Shown here: piece after piece, positions 26,127 to 39,795 of the stretch
Numbering within the stretch: the first letter of the stretch is position 1
How the letters are laid out: every line of letters begins with the position of its first letter
Origin: Botryllus schlosseri
Lineage: Eukaryota
Assembly (NCBI GenBank): GCA_051294905.1
Contig: CM119372.1
Location: forward strand, 34,288,001 to 34,352,000
DNA length: 64,000 bases
Reading direction: 5' to 3'
Notes under the pieces: generated by a model
Database searches by the model: none
Told to the model about the DNA's origin: nothing
Seen by the model: the letters and a program-made list of their open reading frames with translations, nothing else
Made by a program: the position numbers and the translations under genes

Positions 26127-27734
26127 TTCTAAACACACATATACGATATATAACAAATGGACTTGATTGCGCCTGCAATTACTGCGTGCCAGTGTTGGGA
26201 TGACTCAAGTCATGACTTGACTATCACTCTCGCCGTCCACTTGCTCCTGAGCTGCGCCATGGTAATTCCAGACGTTTTTGTTGCGTCACAATGCCATATT
26301 CCGTAAAAATGCCAAAGGCTAAAAGACTTTTGGGCGGTTCCAGGGCCATGAGCAGAATAAAATTTATATTTTCGTAATCAGCACAGCGGCAGCTTTCGAT
26401 TGATACCCGTTTTAACAAATTTACCACTCAGCAAGCCGGTCAAAAATTGCCGTCAAATTCCCTTTGGTCAAAGGTGAAGTAAGACGTAACCCAGACGCAG
26501 TGAGCCGTTCGATCTTGCTGTGTCCACACCATTTAAGACACTCTGATCACACAATTTTATCGCTGGCAATTTGTCGCCGTTACCATACCAACTTTTCTTT
26601 TAGCTACGCACCTGCCAATGCGTAATGAATGGGGAAAGGGCGTGTATTACCACCCGTTACCGCCCGTGATATGTGGGTGCGAATATACACCTGTGTTACA
26701 TGAAAACATAACCTACCTCATACTTACACCACGACATAAATCAAACACAACATTTCAATCCAAAAGACGCTTGCACGTATAGAGACGTAAGACGGTATAC
26801 AGTACACGTATGCACGTAGGATTTATAACGCCGATTTTATTATGCGTTAGGTCCTGTTGTCGTGAACCACCTTTTGGGAGTGAATCCACACCCTTTTCGC
26901 TACGAGTCTACAAGTGGGATCAGATCATCGGAGAATAAGATTATAATAACGAATATTACATCCCATAACGTATCACACTAAGATATACCCGTAATCCCAC
27001 GTAACATGGATATTGTGACACGCCGTTACAAATAACCTGCAACTTATACAAGCAACCGAGTTATGATGATATGACATGTTATTTAAAGAGTGTTAAATTT
27101 AACCTAATCGGTTAAGCCCGACATCTGTGCCGTTGGCAAACTAGTCTCTTATAATAGCAACATATAGTTAACGTTTACCATTACCACTTCTCAGTTTCGA
27201 TACATGCGATAGCCTCAACATTCAGGATACAAAACGTTTGTGTCCAAGCAGACTGGGGCTTCTACGTTATTTATTCTGCTTCTACGAGCTTGTGTGGTAC
27301 AGGTCGATGACAGGAAATTCGATAGACCGGTGTTTATTGCAATTATTGCCGCCGTATCACAACGTTAAGCGGGTTTCCACAAATATGATTCTGAGTTACG
27401 GCATGTTAAAGTTATTGATTCGCCACGCTCAACCAAACTTACCACACTGAATAAAGTGGTAGATCTGAATAATTTGTTTTACCGCATTGACACTCATCGA
27501 AAAAGAATATTTGATGGACTGAATTACACGCAACGTCGTTGAAATGCTGTGGCCACTGATTCAAAAATGATGCAGCAGTGCGACCACGTATAATCGCGTT
27601 ATGTTCTTTGAGTACTATGTAACTTATACACAACCGTTCGGAACTGTTTTATTTCACCTGCTGTGTGAATAACTAACTTGCGGCCCATTTCTCTTTTTAC
27701 CAGAACGCCTAGAGGTGAAGTGGATATTGGTCAA

Positions 27735-30700
27735 CAGACATGGGGTGATTACTTCATGAATGTAATCGATTGCGATTACGATTACTTCCGAATGACGCGA
27801 TTACGATTACGATTACGATTACAGCAAAATCAGGAAGTACTCGATTACGATTACGATTACATTGGAAAAGTAATCACGATTACTCACGATTACATTTATT
27901 TTGCATTTTAGAAGTTATATTGGAAGACAATATATGGATTGCGCTGAAAAGGCCTAATGAGATAACAAACTTTCTTTAAAAAAGATGTGTCATTTGGTTG
28001 TTACGTCATAATGTACCCATTGCCCATTTTTATAGAGGACGATTTATCGCACCCAACAAATTGCATTCTTGCCAGGTCCATGACTGCCGCACCCCAAATT
28101 TCCCAATAGGGTGGGGAGCGAGCTCGGAGGGGACTCAAGAGTATTTCGTAAACCAACATAAATTATAAAGTATTCTCGAAAGATTTAATTAACTTGAAAA
28201 TTCTCTCTATATAAGCTTGATTTTGGAATGCATACGTCTCCCCCTCAACTAAAAAGCATACATAAATTATAGTAGGCATGCATTTAAAACAAATGGTTGT
28301 TTAAAACACATTGTTTAGAACTTGTTTTAAGCAGTGTTTCAAACAAAGGCTTTAAAAAAACTAAATTGTGTTTTTTAAGTTGTAAAATTATGCCATAATT
28401 GTTCAAATTCTTTCCACAATTACCACCCGATTTGGCCGACGTACATCGATATGAAAAGGTTGGAACCCCTCAAAATAGTCGTTTCAACAGTTATAGTACA
28501 TATATTTTGCCAAAGGAGCTATATTTACCCTATATTTTCAATTGTCAATGTCAATCCACATTGGTGACGTGAAGGCTTGAAAAAAATTAAAAACATGTTT
28601 TAAACAATGGCATGTGGTAAACGTGCTCGCTTTAAATTTATTTTTGTTTCAAATGCAACCCTAATTGATAGCATGAGGCATTTAGGTTCTAGTCAATACC
28701 GTGCCAAGACACACCAAAAGGCATATGCAATTTCGACCAACACGCGACTTCACGAAGTGTGCTACTAAAGAAAGACCTTGGCCGAAAGACCTTGCTATGT
28801 GTCCATTGTCAATAGCCACGCTGGGTGGGCGTACAGTTCTTCCAATCCGAGCCCACAATGCAAATGCCACCCGGACACCCACAGAGGATTAAAGACATGA
28901 CAATTTGTTTGTGCGTCTCACGAAAGTTTTTGTTTTAGTCTGCTACGTTAGGGATACAACAATATCTTTTGATTATATAACATACCGGAAATCACGAATT
29001 AACAACATACACTAAAGTAATTATAACAAGATAACAGACGTTATAATTATGAATTACGTGCCCCCAGCTCTACAGGTAAATCTGACCAAGTGACCATCGG
29101 GCAGAGAGAGAGAGGAATAATGTTAATATAAAATGAGTAATAATGTAATGCGATTACCAATATTATTCACGAAATTCAGTCTTCAACTTGAAATTATCGC
29201 CCTATGGGGGCCAAAGACTAACGTTTGGATTGGGGGACGAATAGCTGTTTTGGTCCTGATTCTAGCTACAACCCACGCTAACATGATATATAAGCCCGTT
29301 GCTATGGCGGCAGGTCCCAATGTTGAGTAAAGAATTGTGAAATAACGATTAGCGCATGTTTCAAGTAGAGTCATATGAGAATAAGATGAAGAGAACATAA
29401 AATTCTGCCTTCAACTTAATACAGATAATGTACTGCAAGCTGCCGCTACGAGAAACGGCAAAAACGGCTCGGTTGTGATATATATCAAAAACTGTTGATT
29501 TTTATAGCTTCGTTGTGGAAACCGTAATGTTATATTTGACAAATACAAAATTTCAAATCTCTGCTCGGTGTACGTACGTATAGTACATAGGCCTACTGCT
29601 TGCCAAGCAGCAACGGTCAAACTGCGTTTGCATAACCAAACATCAATACACAACTTACTTGGTAGAGTGGTGATTAATTATCCTGCTCCGAGGTACTGAC
29701 GTGTGGAACGGGTTGATAACCTGATATACAGCATGGCGGGTGTTCTTACAATCGCACGAATGTACGTGACGTACATCGAATATCTATTTTCTGTGGATAC
29801 TTCTTACGCAATGACTAGCAAATAGGGATGGTGTGAACGTGAGGTTCACGTTCGCGTTCTGTGTGTGAACCTCAGAAATTTAGAGGTTCACGTTCACAAA
29901 CGACCCTTGGTAGGTTCTGGACTGTGAATCTTTTTAATCTATTTAAATTTTCACTTCATTACAACATCTTTCGTTGAAATTTATCGCATTTCAACTGCGG
30001 GCCACTGTGCATGGCGCTGGCAGCATAATAATATAAATGAACATGCACCTTGACAATCTCAAATATTTTACTTGCTTTGTTACAAAAGTTTACTCGAAAT
30101 ATCCAGCTTTCCGTTTGTGAATATTTAGCGACTCTCTGCTGTGAGCTTGACCCGCAATCACACAACATCTAGAGCGAAATGTAGACAGTGAATGATGATT
30201 TCAACCAATCAATGGAATTGATATCGTTGTCTGATTTAAAAAAATATAGCAGGCGTACGGGGCCATGGTGAATGTTGACTTCATATCTTTATTGTATCAT
30301 AAAAACCAAATCCGTGCAATTAGGGTGTTGACTACTGCAGTATAACTTGTCAATGGGGTAATATCGGTAGCAAGTATATAAACCCGTTTTACACCCTGCA
30401 CATTATCAACATAGCAATACTCAGACGCCGAATGCATTGTCCGGTCTGGCCTAGACCGTTAAGGCGTAAGCTTACATCCCCTTGTAAGTCCTCGTCGAAA
30501 TTGCTGGCAGAGCGACGGAAGGATTATTATATCATTTGATTGTCCCAGTTGATACATTTGGCGACGTTTGTCAGCATTGTGGCATTATGAGGCTCGAGTC
30601 ATCGTTAGGCATCCCGGGCATTAATATAGGCTATCACTTCACTGAAATGTAGGGTTGGAAGTAGCAATATGACGTCACGTGACGTCATGAGGTTCACGTT

Positions 30701-31089
30701 CGCGTTCACACAGAACCTTTCAAAAAGGTTCGCGTTCACACGAACCTGAACCTTTCAGAGGTTCACACCATCCCTACTAGCAAAGCCAATAGGCTACTTC
30801 TGACGTAATAATGAGCAATGGCATTTAAAAATCAGACGTTTGTGTTATCATGAACCTGGTATAATACATCTTCCTTGTTCACGAATGTTCAGTTTATGTC
30901 ATAGTCCTTGTACAAATACAAAGTAATCGTTCTTTCACAAAGAAATCGATTAGATATGGGAAGTAGTCGATTACGATTACGATTACTACGGATTTTTTTC
31001 GAATGTAATCGATTGCGATTACGATTACTTGAAAATGCTGTAATCGTCGTAATCGATTACGATTACTAATCGCGATTACCCCATGTCTG
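27735..31089. mobile_element. Non-autonomous hAT with (CGATTA)n subterminal arrays
   Basis: TIR CAGACATGGGGT/ACCCCATGTCTG; perfect TSD TTGGTCAA. Confidence 0.9.
29823..30776. mobile_element. hAT (Ac-like TAGGGATG ends) MITE nested in 27735-31089
   Basis: TIR TAGGGATGGTGTGAAC/GTTCACACCATCCCTA; perfect TSD CTAGCAAA; GTTCAC repeats. Confidence 0.9.
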
Positions 31090-32442
31090 TTGGTCAATGA
31101 TGTATCTCTGAAACATACTGCCGCATTTTATATAATCAGCGGCATCAGGAGGTCTTTCACACAAACGCAGCCCAATGAACGGAGATACAATGTTATAGAC
31201 GTGGCTGTCGAATCAAAACATATGTAAATGGAATACTTACTCATACCGATAAAGCGTTTCGTTTGGTGCCATCCGCGATGTCGAAATATCAAATACATTA
31301 GTAGCCACCATTTCGCCCTTCAGTTGCCTATAATTCTGCTTCAGTGCATTCGAGATATGATACGGCGGTGCCACGCTACTTCATAACTTCATACATTTAC
31401 ATCGACGTATTTCCTGCGATATATTTATACCATCGATCCATAAAATATATTTCTTGTCGATGATCTATATTATATCTCAGAATAGAACGCCAATGTATAA
31501 TCGCCGCAATTAAATACACCTTCTGAAATGCTATGGACGGGCCAAATCGAGGTACATTATGCGTAAGTTCATAAACATCGAATTATATGAGGTATTAGTA
31601 CTTATTTTGTCTCATAAAATATAAACTTCCGAAAGTGAATATGCGCCAATAGTGATTACTTAAAAGTATTTTAGATACTATAGCGTAGAAAGGAGATGAA
31701 TGGCATTATGTTGCACAATCTACATTCATTGCAATATAATTTATATAACTCGACGACTATTAGCCTGCGTCTTATAAAGAGTCAAGGCCACAATTACGAG
31801 CATAAAAAGAGAGAATTAAATGAACACAAATTTGTCGAATATGAGGTAACGGTAAGGTCATTTTTAAAAGCCCGTTAGACCAGTTGCATCCAAGCACTCA
31901 TCACCCCCATATCATGCTCGGCATATGTTAACAACCCTACTGAAATTTAGAGTTAATCATTGAAGAAGGACTTTTCCGTAGTACTCGGGTAGATTAATCT
32001 ACTAATTTTACTTACTCACGTAGTCTTGTGTGTATAATCAATCTACTTCACCAGCTTTTTGATGCTGAAATAATAATATCTGCTTACGTAGTGAAAAGTG
32101 ATACAATATCTTTTATCGCTTTGCTAACAATTTCGACGGGGACTTTCAAGGGAATATGAGCTTAAGCCTAAGCGGTCCTGGCTAGACCGGACAATATATT
32201 CTGTCGTCAGACTATTGCTACATTTATAGTGATCAGAGTGAAAACCGGACTCTATACTTGCTCTACAGATAATACCTCATAGTTATACAGCAGTGCAGGG
32301 GTCACCAACCTTTTTGAAACCAAGAGCGACTTCTTGGGTACTGATTAACGCGGAGGGCAACCAGTTACTCCCGCCGTTTATCCATATAATGTTGGATTTC
32401 TTCACTTGTACATTCAGAGCACTGCTGGAAAGGGTTCCCGCC

Positions 32443-32696
32443 CCTTACCAAGAACAAATACCTACTCTCCGGGACTTCCACCAGCGTTTCCGGGGTCCGT
32501 TGTGTTGTCGCACTGCGCGCCGAAGCGCTAATGTCCGCGTCGGAAATATTAACTAGATACCCGTTAAGCCTCCGGCTGGGCGAGGACAAGCAACGACCCG
32601 ATCGAAAACTGCGTTCGAAGGTTCCTTAGGGTCGACTGACCAATGTCCAACTGCTGTTCATATGAAACCCTACTCCATTTCCACCTTGAAATCTCG
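32443..32696 (-). rRNA. Degenerate 28S rRNA fragment
   Basis: CTTAGGGTCGACTGACCAATGTCCAACTGCTGTTCATATGAAACCCT.CTCCA matches the antisense of a conserved 28S segment; the upstream part is also 28S-like. Confidence 0.75.
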
Positions 32697-35600
32697 AAGG
32701 AACGCACATAGCAAATCAATAAGTGTAAAATATATTTCATGTCCTTTGTCTACTTTTCCAGATTAGGGCACGTCATTACGATTAAGGTTGGAAAAATCGA
32801 GTGTCTGAGTGATTCGTTTCCGAATCGGGTATTATGATTCGAGTCGAATACTCGAGTATCACAGGGTATGACACCATAACAACGTGAAAGATGTGGAAAG
32901 ATCAAATATGTACCTTTTATGACTGGTATCGCAGTTATTGCCGGTTATCGTAGGCCCAGTCTTATCCTTTTCATGAAGTCCATAGATGTTCCAATACCAT
33001 TATCGCAGTATTGCACTCATTATATTTCCTGACTCGAAGCAAACTCGATTCATGCGAGCCCAGCACATCACGTCACCTTCAATATAGTATTTTTCTTCCA
33101 GATCTGCATTCAACCTAGTGTTGCATCTGAAACAAAATCAATTTAAAACAAACACGTTTAAAACAAGGGCCTTGTTTAAAACATGTTTTTTCTTTCTTTT
33201 TTTTCCACTTTTTTAGCCATGACGTCACGACTATTTAATAGTGACGTCACGGTGAATTAGCATTGACAATTAAAAATGCAGGGTAAATATGACTCCTTCG
33301 ACAAAAAGGGCTTCCGATCACTGTCATAAACAGATCAAAAATATATTTAACCAGGACTACATCGTTATGCAGCATTTTTACATTCGGCGGTCATCATCAT
33401 CAGAACACCCATTTCGTACCAATGATCTATATATACCTGCAAAAACTGTTGAACCGACAACAATTTCGAGGATTCCAGCCACCCCGCATCGTATACGTCG
33501 ACTATTATGGGTGCAAATCGTCCGTAGGCTTATACTACATGATTTTTCGGACGTATTTACGCAATTATGGCATAATTAGACAACGTTTAAAAAATGAAAA
33601 CAATTTTTGTTTCCAAAAAGGCATTTATTTAAAACACTGCTTAAACAAAGTGTTTTAAAACGCCGTTTGCTTTAAACCTTTTAAAATCTGATTCCGTATA
33701 CGGAATCGGTCAACTTCATCTGGCCCTATCTTTATTTATCTACGTCCTATAGGCTTCGTTTTTGTTTGTAGGGAAAGCTAACAATCTTCTGATTTATATG
33801 ATACCTAATTCGAAAGCATGAGGCATGACAATTTTCGAGCACCGACGATCTTACATAAGGAGCTCGGCCGAAAATACGCATGCAGAAAAAGTGGTTATCA
33901 CCAAAAATTTCCAGATATTTTCCGAGTGGGAAATCTAGTCAGGCATTCTGCCAGAACATCAGAAGTCGACTTGTACAGTGTTCTGTGTAATTTTTCACCG
34001 TTTCAAACATCAAAACTTGTTCTTAGTAGTATTCTGAAGGGGTTTGGTAATTTTGGTCACGCTTCGGTGATTTTCTAGAACATAGTTAAGTTCGTGACCG
34101 AATATGAGTCATAAACTGGTTTATTATGCCTGCAAATGGCTGGATACGACATGAGAAAGTATACCACGTTGTTTCATGCCATTAAGTGGGAGGTAGGGGT
34201 CCGATTCGGTATTGATCTTGAAGTTGACCATAGTGACCACTTACTGACCACGCCCATATGTAAATTTTTCATGTATTTTTGATTTTTTCGATAACTGGCG
34301 AGCGGCATGGTTTACGGCCATGGTTGCATGGTCACAACGAACTTTGAAAAGTGGCCCGCGACCCGTTTAGAGTTGGCGACCCCTGATCTAGCGTGATTCA
34401 GTTTTATCTCAATAATATCACTTATAATCAGGGTTGCCATACCGTCCTTATTTCTAAGATTTGTCCTTATTTTGAAGGCAAGGTCTTAGAAAATTCAACT
34501 GTCCTTTTTTCTAAGAAATGTCCTTGTTTTCGACGTGCGTCCTTATTTTGTCTTATTTTCAACAACGACAGAACTGCGATCGTTTTCCTCTGGTATCTGT
34601 GTTGCATAAAATTATGCTTTTGCGTCGAGATTTTATGACATCATAAATGAACGGAACTCTCGTGGCGTACACATAAGATGATTTGACTTCCAAGTGGTGA
34701 GATAGCTAGAGCAGTGAGTGGTATGACATTTTCAGCAGTAGCCTACCATCGCTATCGCAGCGTACGTCATTTTAGCAGAAACAGCAGCATAGGCGCCGAG
34801 TTGCGAGGTTACGTTCGCCACCTTGTCACTATATTTACAAGGTGGCGGCCACCTGTATAAAATGCTCAAACGCCCCCAGTAATTTGTAACTAGTAAAAAG
34901 TAATTAGGCGAATCCACGCGACCTCGTCAGAGACGTCGTTGATATAATCAGAAAACAGTTGTCGCGAGGCGAGAGTGGTATAGTAGATCGCTCGTGATTC
35001 GTACTTTTTTTGCATGGGCTCTTATGGGTGCGGTGGTGACTCGTATTGAAAACTCGTGTTGAACCGGTGACCCTTTTGACCCCCCTCCTTTCGCTCAACC
35101 GGTGCCTGGGCTGGTATAGGGCATCTCTCGCACGGTAACCCTTTTCGGTATAGGGATCGCTCAACCGGTGCCGCGTACTTTCAGACTGTCGTATCGTTCA
35201 ACCGGTGTCATTGCTTCCTATGGGCGCGCTCGTAACCTGTCTGTCATGTATTCTGACGGGATCTCTGGTGATTCACCGTGTGTTCTTATGGGTGTGGTCG
35301 TGAATCGTACTTTCGGGTACAGGCATCTGTCGAGGGGTGTTGAATATGTATCAGGTATATTGATCACGTGATTGGTCCTTAGTTAATGTGTATATCCCAA
35401 ATTATTATATATGACCGATTCGAGTTAATCCCAACGTTTGCGGTGATTGCGACTTCAATATATCGTTATTCTTATGGGTGCGGCGACACGGTAACGTAGC
35501 TGATATAGACGTGGTGACATGATAACGTTACAGGTATAGGGATCGCTCACACGGTTCTACATGAAGACGTCGTAGTTCAGTCGTGACAAATGACCCACCG

Positions 35601-36632
35601 CATTCTCTATTCCAGAGGTCTCAAACACGCGGCCCGCATGCGGCCCCCGACACTATTATGTGCGGCCCGCGACGGCATTTCGCATTTCGAAGTATTCGAA
35701 AATATTGAATTACCAATTTTTTTTAATCCTTGAACCTAAAAATCGGTCTAAAACTACTACAGAAGCCTGAAACTACTCATCAAACTTCACTAATACACCA
35801 ATTTCAAAAGTTACTACGCAGGGGAAGTTCAACTATTACGTGACATTACTTGTTTATGATGGTAAAACATGACCCGTTAATGATTCGTGACTGAAAATTG
35901 TGATTTGGAGTTGAGCGCGACCTTTTGTAGAATTACCCGAGCTCGGACTCGTCGCGTCAAACGTTACAATCGGATGGACTTGTGTCTCGGAATGCCGTGA
36001 CTTGGTACAACCACGGACGCAGCAAACTATGAAACTGGTATGAGAAATAGTAAAATATGAAAATGTCGTAGCTTGCGTTGCGTATCTTATTTATATATCT
36101 AAGCAGGTCGGTATGGCAACCGACATTGGCATTATGTTGCCCCTTTGCTGTATAGTTGGTTACATCCAGTGTCATCTTTGGGTATCTTTATATATGTTAT
36201 TATTGCCAATTAAATGCGGCGAGTATTAACTAATAGTCGTAGCCTACGCTCCCCAGCTGTAACACCAATGGATTCTTCGGCGATTGCACATTTCTATTGC
36301 TATGGAACAGCTTTTATTATGTTCAAGTTGTTATTTATCTGTTCCAATATTCGAAGGTAAATCTAACGCTGAATCTATTTTACTTTGGTAATGACATGAT
36401 TAATATAGCCTAGTTATCAGGAGTAGGCCTATGCCCAAAACCCGGATTAGGCTGTACTGTTCCAACGCTCTGATATCAGATCAATCTCTGTAAAATTAAT
36501 AAATTCTACCTATAATTGTGAAACATCAAATGTCCACTAGCTGCAAAATGATCACGCGACAGCCTTTACGGCGTCATGATGCATTTGAACTTTCGCATGG
36601 TGTCTACAACTAATTATTTTGACAAACTATGC

Positions 36633-37927
36633 CAGGGGTCGCCAACTCAAAATGGGTCGCGGGCCACTTTTCAAAATTCCTAGAGGCCGCGGGCCGCATG
36701 ACATCAATATCGAGATTAAAGTAGGCAACGCAGTTTAACAACCACGTCTGATAACTCTGCGTTATTACAATGCTGTGCTCTCTAACATGGGCGACGGGCA
36801 TATAGTCACCACAGAAGAAATCATATTTTATTGAACAAACACAAATCCAACAAAAAATATCAAGATCATCAATTTCAATATATTTTGAACTATGAGCTGT
36901 GCACGATACCTGACAACACTCTGCATAGCGCAGATAAAACAGGGGTGGCCCACCTATTTCCTTTTCACGGCCGCATTTCAATTACTCATATAGCCTGCGG
37001 GCGCATTCCGGTGCATAGTCATGGTGAACTAACTGGGGCCAAACGGCAAATACCCACGTTAGACTGTCCATGTCCATCGCCGGTACACTCCGGACTAATA
37101 TATTTACGCATATCGACTTACTGTGCGCACCGAAATCGTCATAATAAAAAGAGTCACACGGATTCGAGCTGTAGCCGCGCGACGCGCAAAAAATTTTGCA
37201 GGCTCATGAGTGAATTTCGTCAATAAATATTAGTATAGTTTCATATATCACTATAAAACATTTATCCTTTTTCGGCCAATGTGGTCAGATTCACCGGTAG
37301 AGCTGATGCAGGGGTTGTCTTCGAAAACTTAGGGAAGTGCTGTGCTGCATTTTTGGTTGGGTCAATTCTTATTAGTCCCCTTTGTTGCATGCAGTTATTT
37401 CTTGACCTCCCATCAGATTTGTCGAGAGTCAATTCGTAAATACAGTTTGCATATTGACGGACGCCAACACATCCTAATTGAATTAAGTGTCGACAGCCGC
37501 ATAATTTTCCTTCTACTGTCGCAGATTGGCCACCCCTGGATTAAAAAATCGATATTGGGGTTAGCTGGACACGGTAGTCTACTTGCTGGAAAACTATCTC
37601 TTCGTAAAGCATGGTCTTTTGGAGAGCCCGAACTCGTTTTTCACGGGTCTAGGTCTCGGCAGTCGTGGACCATTGCACGTCAAGGCAATATTCCCATTCA
37701 TACCAGCTAATTCTTCATCCATGGAATGATATTATCATGCCGAAGACGTATATCAGCTAGTGAGGAATAGTGATATTGGGCACAGTAGAATGGCTTAGTT
37801 TGAATAACAACAACAATATCAATTTCAGCATTTCAAAATGCTTCACTAAGCGTTCTTCCGAAATTTTTCCAAATCAGGTGGCGGGCCGCAAAATATGACC
37901 TCGCGGGCCGCGTGTTGGTGACCCCTG
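36633..37927. mobile_element. hAT-Charlie-like element nested in 35613-38173
   Basis: TIR CAGGGGTCGCCAAC/GTTGGTGACCCCTG; perfect TSD AACTATGC. Confidence 0.9.
36940..37538. mobile_element. hAT-Charlie-like MITE nested in 36633-37927
   Basis: TIR CAGGGGTGGCC/GGCCACCCCTG; flanks AGATAAAA/GATTAAAA (imperfect). Confidence 0.65.
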
Positions 37928-39795
37928 AACTATGCCAAGTGCAGCAACAATTTTATTCAAATATCTAAAAATGTGATTTTTTTTCGTGCCAGGCGTGAAT
38001 TCCAATAGTATATCATATTTTCACGATGCTTGTGGAATGTCAGTCTGCAAGGTCCCATCAAATAAGGCCTACTTGGAAATTCATTTAATTCCCATATTAT
38101 TGGTGCTGCGGCCCGCGGAGCCATCAAAAAGTAGGAAATTGGCCCGCGAACACATTTGAGTTTGAGACCTCTGCTCTATTCTAACTCAAGTCTCTTCATA
38201 CTGTGTGTTGATTCCTACGCAACCTGACTAGCACGCCGAGTTTCAGTTCGGATTATTCGCACTTTCCATACCGCTGTTTCGCACCTACAAAATAGTCTGC
38301 TGTTCACAGTCGCAGCATTAAGTCGCGATTTACCACAGAGCCGGCGTAGACGGCGATTCGAATACCAACAATAGCCGCGTTCACATACTAACACTTCAAA
38401 AAGGTGTGAAATATATAACAAACCCCGCGATCGCTGACATGATAATGTCTCGGACATAGCCATCTTTCGTGACTTGGTGTTACAGACATGTCGATCGCTC
38501 ACGCGGTGAAATTTTAGTAATCAGTTTGTCGCAGAACTTGATTTCGCTGGTAAGATTTAATAACGAAGAACAGAACCGTCGCAGACGGTGATTCGAATAC
38601 AGACAAATTCTGCTCTAACCCTAATCCTTTGCGAAGTTAACTCTTCAAAAATATGTGAAATAATTTTAAAATCCTACGACCGCTCACAGGGTAATGCTTC
38701 AGACATAGCGATCCCTCATGATTTGGTGTTACAGACATACCGATCACTCACAAGGTAATATTTCGGGAATTAGTTTGTCACACGGCAAACGTCGTAGAAA
38801 TTGTTTATGTGACGACAACGACTTTGAGTGACTTAGTTTCGATCCTTTCTGTAAAAGATTGTCGGACAATGGTGTTATACTCTTCCGTAATGGTTGAGGT
38901 CGTCATCAAGTTTCCAATCAACTATTAATCGGCCGTGCGACTTTGGTTTAACAAATCGTAATATTTCTAAAATGCTTGCTGGTATCATAAGACACAAATC
39001 GAAATTCACATCAATCAAGACCTTTGCATGCTCTGAGTTTTGTGATGGCATTTATTTCACCCGATATAAATGAACCTGTATCAATAGTAACGCGAAATGC
39101 ATTTATCATTTTCGGTGTTGGTTGTGACCCTGATTTCATTACCGGTATATACTCTAGAAATAATTTCTGCATACTGAGTTAGGATGCGTTTAACGAATAT
39201 CATGCAAGTTGTTTTTGTGGTGGTAATGACTTTCAGTAGTTTGGTTTTTATGATTACAATTACTTTAGAAGATTCAAATGATAATGTATGATCACTGCTA
39301 TGAACAACAATACAAGCACATTTTGTGGATTTCAGTGTAGCAAATATTTTGATTTTATTAATGCTGTGAGTTTTGTCTAGTAGAATAGGTTGCAGCCAGT
39401 AAAGATATTCCAAATTGCTCTTGTGCTGATCCAAGTCTTAGGGTGGAGGCCAAAAATATAGATCAAATAAAAGATCTGGGGATTTTGCACGTTGCTGGAT
39501 TTTCTGCGGACCAGAAAGGTAGATTAGTAAGATTCTGCCAGGACCGACTGAGTATAGACTGCTGCTTCTTGATCCTGGTCGCCACCAGGATTAAAGTCTA
39601 GATTAAGGTACACAAGCATATAAATTTGGCGAGGTTTGTAATAGTTATGACATTGTAGATTGAAATTGCTTATCTGAGGCTCATTATAAAGATAGTGAAT
39701 ATTGCATGTTAGCGATATTTTGTTACCGGTACTCAATTGTGCTTCTCCTTATTGACTGATGATCATGTTATTACAGAATGTTTAATGATAATTGC

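Larger units (their letters stand above)
35613..38173. mobile_element. hAT-Charlie-like element inserted in the left TIR
   Basis: TIR CAGAGGTCTCAAAC/GTTTGAGACCTCTG; perfect TSD CTCTATTC. The empty site is visible in the right TIR at ~48041 (GAATAGAG). Confidence 0.9.

Noticed and set aside
27678..27979. ORFs with DYDYDY/RLRLRL/ITITIT runs
   Set aside because: These are translations of the (CGATTA)n subterminal array of a hAT element.
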